DNA of 57,411 bases from a virus (Duplodnaviria; Caudoviricetes): the IMG/VR virus record IMGVR_UViG_3300020001_000001, positions 1 to 57,411 of that record. The stretch is one strand, 5' to 3'. Position numbers and translations under genes: made by a program. Under the pieces are notes generated by a model. That model saw only the letters and a program-made list of their open reading frames with translations, was not told the DNA's origin and made no database searches. Shown piece after piece: positions 54,261 to 57,411 of this stretch (the stretch's first letter is position 1; the number at the start of each line of letters is the position of its first letter).

Positions 54261-56843
54261 ATGCAAAAAACTCACAACGATAACGACGAACTGAAACTGC
54301 GTTTCAGTGTTAGCCAGGGATCGTCGATGGCGGCGGTCGATAACGTCACTCAGAGCTGGGGGGAGTTGGTCAAGAAACTGTCGCGGTCGTACGAAGACCC
54401 GATGACGCTGGCGCAGTTCAAGGAAAAGCCGAAGGATTGGCAAAACACGCGCAAACAGCGCAACGGGTATTTCATCGGCGGACAGATGAAGGGGCACGCT
54501 CGCGCGCAAGCAACCATGCGCGAGAGGCAGATACTCACGTTCGACATCGACCAGGGCAATACGGAACTGTTACGCGATCTGCGCGAGGGTAAGACAGGGC
54601 TCGGGCCGTGTGAGTATCTCGTTCACTCCACGCGCACGCATGGTGACGGAGCCGTTAAGCTGCGGCTCATAGTGCCCCTCGCGAAGTTACTTCCGAAAGA
54701 GGACTTTCAGGCCGTCGCCCGCGTGGCCGCGTGGAACCTGGATTGCAATATGGTCGTGGTCGATCCGGTGTCATTCGTGCCAGCGCAAATCATGTACTGG
54801 CCCGCGCACTGTTCAGGCGTAAAGCCGATATTGATCCGCCACCGCGGGCCGTTGCTGGACGTGTACGCGATGCTGGAGGATTGGGGCGGCGGTCCTGACG
54901 TGTGGCGCGACATCGGCATGTTGCCGGTATCGGCGCGCGACGACGCCCGGCTGCACATGCGCTCGGGCAAGATGCACCAGAACCCGTTGGACAAGCGTGG
55001 GCCGGTTGGCGCGTTCTGTCGGACGTGGTCGGTGCACGAGGCCATCGATGAGTTTCTGTCTGACGTCTACGAGCCGTCGGAGTATTCGGCCAGCGGCGAG
55101 CCATCGCGCTACTCGTACACGCAGGGAACGTCCGCAAACGGGCTGGTCGTGTTTGACAGCGGTCACGTCGAGTCCTACCACGGCAGCGACCCGCTGTCGC
55201 AGATGAACGTCAACGCGTTCGACATGGTGCGGATACACAAGTTCGGCCACCTGGACGGCGTGCGTGATGAGGACGAGAAAGACCCGCGCCAGTTGCGGTC
55301 GTTCAAGGCCATGGAGACGATGCTTCTGGAGTACCCGGATTACGTGCAAGAGTTGCGCGACGGCTACTACGGCCTGTCGCCCGACGAGATTGACGACTCT
55401 TTCGAGGCGGGCGACACCGACGCCGCAAAAACAGAAGTCACTTCCGCGATCGAAACGCCGAAAGTCGTCGATGATCCCGAGTGGGAAGCAAAACTCGACA
55501 TAAATGAGAAGGGCACCGTCAAGAATACGTTGACGAACCTGATCCTGATACTGCGCAATGGCCGGTTGCTCAAAGGCCGCTTCGGTTACAACGAACATCG
55601 GCACGTTGACTGCCTCGTGAAGCGGTTTCGCTCAATCGCACTACGGTTCGATCACAAGATACCCGCAGGAGAGACGTTCACGACCATTGACGACGCCCAT
55701 ATTGCGTCGATCCGGTCGCTGTTGGAAGCGCCGCGCGGCAAGAACAACACCGGGTGGGGCCTGCGCGTGTCTGAGCGCGACCTGAAAGACGCATTGACCG
55801 TGGTCTGTCGCGAAGCCTCCTTCCATCCGGTGCGCGACTATCTGGACACCCTGGTATGGGACGGTAAAAGCCGTATAGAGCATCTATGGACGCGAGCCTG
55901 TCACACGCCCGACACGCCCTACTACCGCATGACCTCGCACCACTTCCTGGTGGCGGCGGTCGCGCGAGTTTACGAGCCGGGGACCAAGTTCGACTTCATG
56001 CCGGTTCTGATCGGGCCGCAGGGTATCCGAAAGTCAACACTTGTGATGACCATCGGTTCGTCGGCCTGGACGACCGAGTCAGAAGGTCATTTCGATGATA
56101 AAAAGAAGTTCGTGGAGGCGTCGCTCGGGTTCTGGTTTATTGAGCATGGCGAGATGACGCACTTCCGGCGTGCGAGTGACGAGGAAGGGATCAAGGCCAT
56201 GTTGAGCGGGACCGCCGACACGGTTCGGCTGTCCTACCGGCGCAACCCGGAAACGATACGGCGGGACTTCGTCATCGTCGGCACGACAAACGATTGGGCA
56301 TTCCTGCGCACGACGCACCGGCGTATCTGGCCGATCCCCTGCGAAGGCCGCATCGACCTGGAGTGGGCCGCAGCGAACCGCGACCAACTGTTCGCGGAGG
56401 CCGTTCAAGAGTACCGGCGGATGCGGCGCGAGAGCAACAGTGGGTTCTTGCCGCTCTACCTGACCGGGGAGGCCGATGACGAACACCAGCGCCGACAGGC
56501 CGAACATCTCCTGCCCGACGACTCCGCCGCGAAAGCGGGGATCGTGGCCGACTACCTGGATGCACTCGTTCCGTTTTCGCAATCGAAGCCCGGTTGGTCG
56601 GGCGAGGACGCGACGGACGCGGCGATCACCGATGAAGATACCGTCAGGCGGACGTACACGTGCGCGGTCGATATTTTTGTCCGGGCGCTCGGCGGCGACT
56701 TCTCGAAGTACGATCGGCGTGCCGCCCAAAACGTCGGAGAGATCATGCGGAACCTGGAACCCGAATGGCGAGCGGGGGTGAAGGCTCGGTGCGGCAGATG
56801 GGGCATCCAAAGGACATACCGGCGAAATGGGATCGATCTTTAG
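54261..56843 (+). CDS. Primase-helicase (PrimPol-like N-terminus with VirE/VapE SF3 helicase)
   Basis: FDID, HSTRTH, LRLIVP; GPQGIRKST Walker A; VGTTN. Confidence 0.9.
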   Translation: MQKTHNDNDELKLRFSVSQGSSMAAVDNVTQSWGELVKKLSRSYEDPMTLAQFKEKPKDWQNTRKQRNGYFIGGQMKGHARAQATMRERQILTFDIDQGNTELLRDLREGKTGLGPCEYLVHSTRTHGDGAVKLRLIVPLAKLLPKEDFQAVARVAAWNLDCNMVVVDPVSFVPAQIMYWPAHCSGVKPILIRHRGPLLDVYAMLEDWGGGPDVWRDIGMLPVSARDDARLHMRSGKMHQNPLDKRGPVGAFCRTWSVHEAIDEFLSDVYEPSEYSASGEPSRYSYTQGTSANGLVVFDSGHVESYHGSDPLSQMNVNAFDMVRIHKFGHLDGVRDEDEKDPRQLRSFKAMETMLLEYPDYVQELRDGYYGLSPDEIDDSFEAGDTDAAKTEVTSAIETPKVVDDPEWEAKLDINEKGTVKNTLTNLILILRNGRLLKGRFGYNEHRHVDCLVKRFRSIALRFDHKIPAGETFTTIDDAHIASIRSLLEAPRGKNNTGWGLRVSERDLKDALTVVCREASFHPVRDYLDTLVWDGKSRIEHLWTRACHTPDTPYYRMTSHHFLVAAVARVYEPGTKFDFMPVLIGPQGIRKSTLVMTIGSSAWTTESEGHFDDKKKFVEASLGFWFIEHGEMTHFRRASDEEGIKAMLSGTADTVRLSYRRNPETIRRDFVIVGTTNDWAFLRTTHRRIWPIPCEGRIDLEWAAANRDQLFAEAVQEYRRMRRESNSGFLPLYLTGEADDEHQRRQAEHLLPDDSAAKAGIVADYLDALVPFSQSKPGWSGEDATDAAITDEDTVRRTYTCAVDIFVRALGGDFSKYDRRAAQNVGEIMRNLEPEWRAGVKARCGRWGIQRTYRRNGIDL

Positions 56844-57140
56844 GTTTCAGGGCAGTACACGGGGCAGTACACGGGGGCAGTACACACAAAACTGGCGGAA
56901 ATCCGCCATAAAGAACTGCGTGGACTGCGTGTACTGCCTTTTCGCACATAGCCCAAATACAGGCCGTGCGTGCCGTCGTATGCGTCATACCCCCTACTCC
57001 TGTTCTACTACACTTCTTTTAGTACTAATAAGCAGTACACGCAGTACACAGTGGTCAAATACGGCGGATTTCAGCCGTTTTTAGCGTGTACTGCCCCGTG
57101 TACTGCCCCGTGTACTGCCCGTGTACTGCCTCCTGAAAAC
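56844..57140. repeat. Large imperfect inverted repeat with GCAGTACAC iterons; putative replication origin
   Basis: GGCAGTACAC x3 on the left, GTGTACTGCC x4 on the right; GGCGGAAATCCGCC pairs with GGCGGATTTCAGCC. Confidence 0.8.
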
Positions 57141-57159
57141 CCACTTTGCCGGGGCCAAA

Positions 57160-57233
57160 TCATTAGAAAGGTGATAATGATCCGGCTGCCGAATAATAAT
57201 TCATTAGAAAGCTGATAATGATCCGGCTGCCGA
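57160..57233. repeat. 33-bp direct repeat x2 (1 mismatch)
   Basis: TCATTAGAAAG(G/C)TGATAATGATCCGGCTGCCGA at 57160 and 57201. Confidence 0.85.
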
Positions 57234-57302
57234 CTAAATAGAAGTGACTTCCGGTATAGCCCGACCGACCGACCGGGGTAAGCCGTAGTGGAGTACTGAT
57301 AA

Positions 57303-57331
57303 ATTCCGGGGCTCTGCGCCCTCCCCGGAAT
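57303..57331. other. Putative cosN site
   Basis: ATTCCGGG-GCTCTGCGCCCTC-CCCGGAAT dyad; the contig begins at GCTCTGCGC; gpA-type terminase. Confidence 0.6.
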
Positions 57332-57411
57332 GATCCGCACTCGGAATGGGACCCGAACGATAGCCTCTCGCAACAATAGTCTCGCCCGCCCGTCAATCCG
57401 ATATCCGAACG

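Larger units (their letters stand above)
306..57252. repeat. Dispersed palindrome family GAAGT-N-ACTTC / GAAGTATACTTC, about 50 copies genome-wide
   Basis: Read directly; positions are listed in the findings. Confidence 0.95.

Noticed and set aside
306-57252. Palindrome family as a CRISPR array, REP/IS ends or terminators
   Set aside because: Copies are 11-19 bp, about 1 kb apart and often in coding sequence; there is no spacer periodicity, transposase, target duplication or U-tract.
57311-57411. 101-bp terminal repeat as a biological terminal redundancy
   Set aside because: An exact 101-nt overlap is typical of assembler circularisation, and a gpA-type terminase implies cos ends.

Overview
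The window is an apparently complete ~57.3 kb dsDNA siphophage genome; bases 1-101 are repeated exactly at 57311-57411. Gene content and order are Chi-like (Casjensviridae-type): primase-helicase, DUF2800 nuclease, DUF2815 SSB, family A DNA polymerase, VRR-NUC, SNF2 helicase, DUF1441 TerS, gpA-type TerL, lambda-type portal, S49 protease, gpE capsid, tail genes and an accessory arm. I recognise no integrase, CI-type repressor, ParA, tRNA or CRISPR array. Main observations: (1) About 50 copies of one palindrome, (C)(G)GAAGT-N-ACTTC(C)(G), plus an even variant GAAGTATACTTC, are spaced roughly every 1.1 kb across the whole genome, both between genes and inside coding sequences. The phage also carries two ParB-like HTH proteins and no ParA, so this is a candidate genome-wide parS-like/ParB system. 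(2) The DNA polymerase intein has its HNH homing endonuclease hidden in a different reading frame, with its own start and stop. (3) One peptide motif (ATMxGxGxM/L) recurs at the C-termini of three separate virion-module proteins. (4) A large inverted-repeat origin candidate follows the primase, and a Chi-like cos candidate lies at the contig junction. All family calls and counts were made by eye without database searches.
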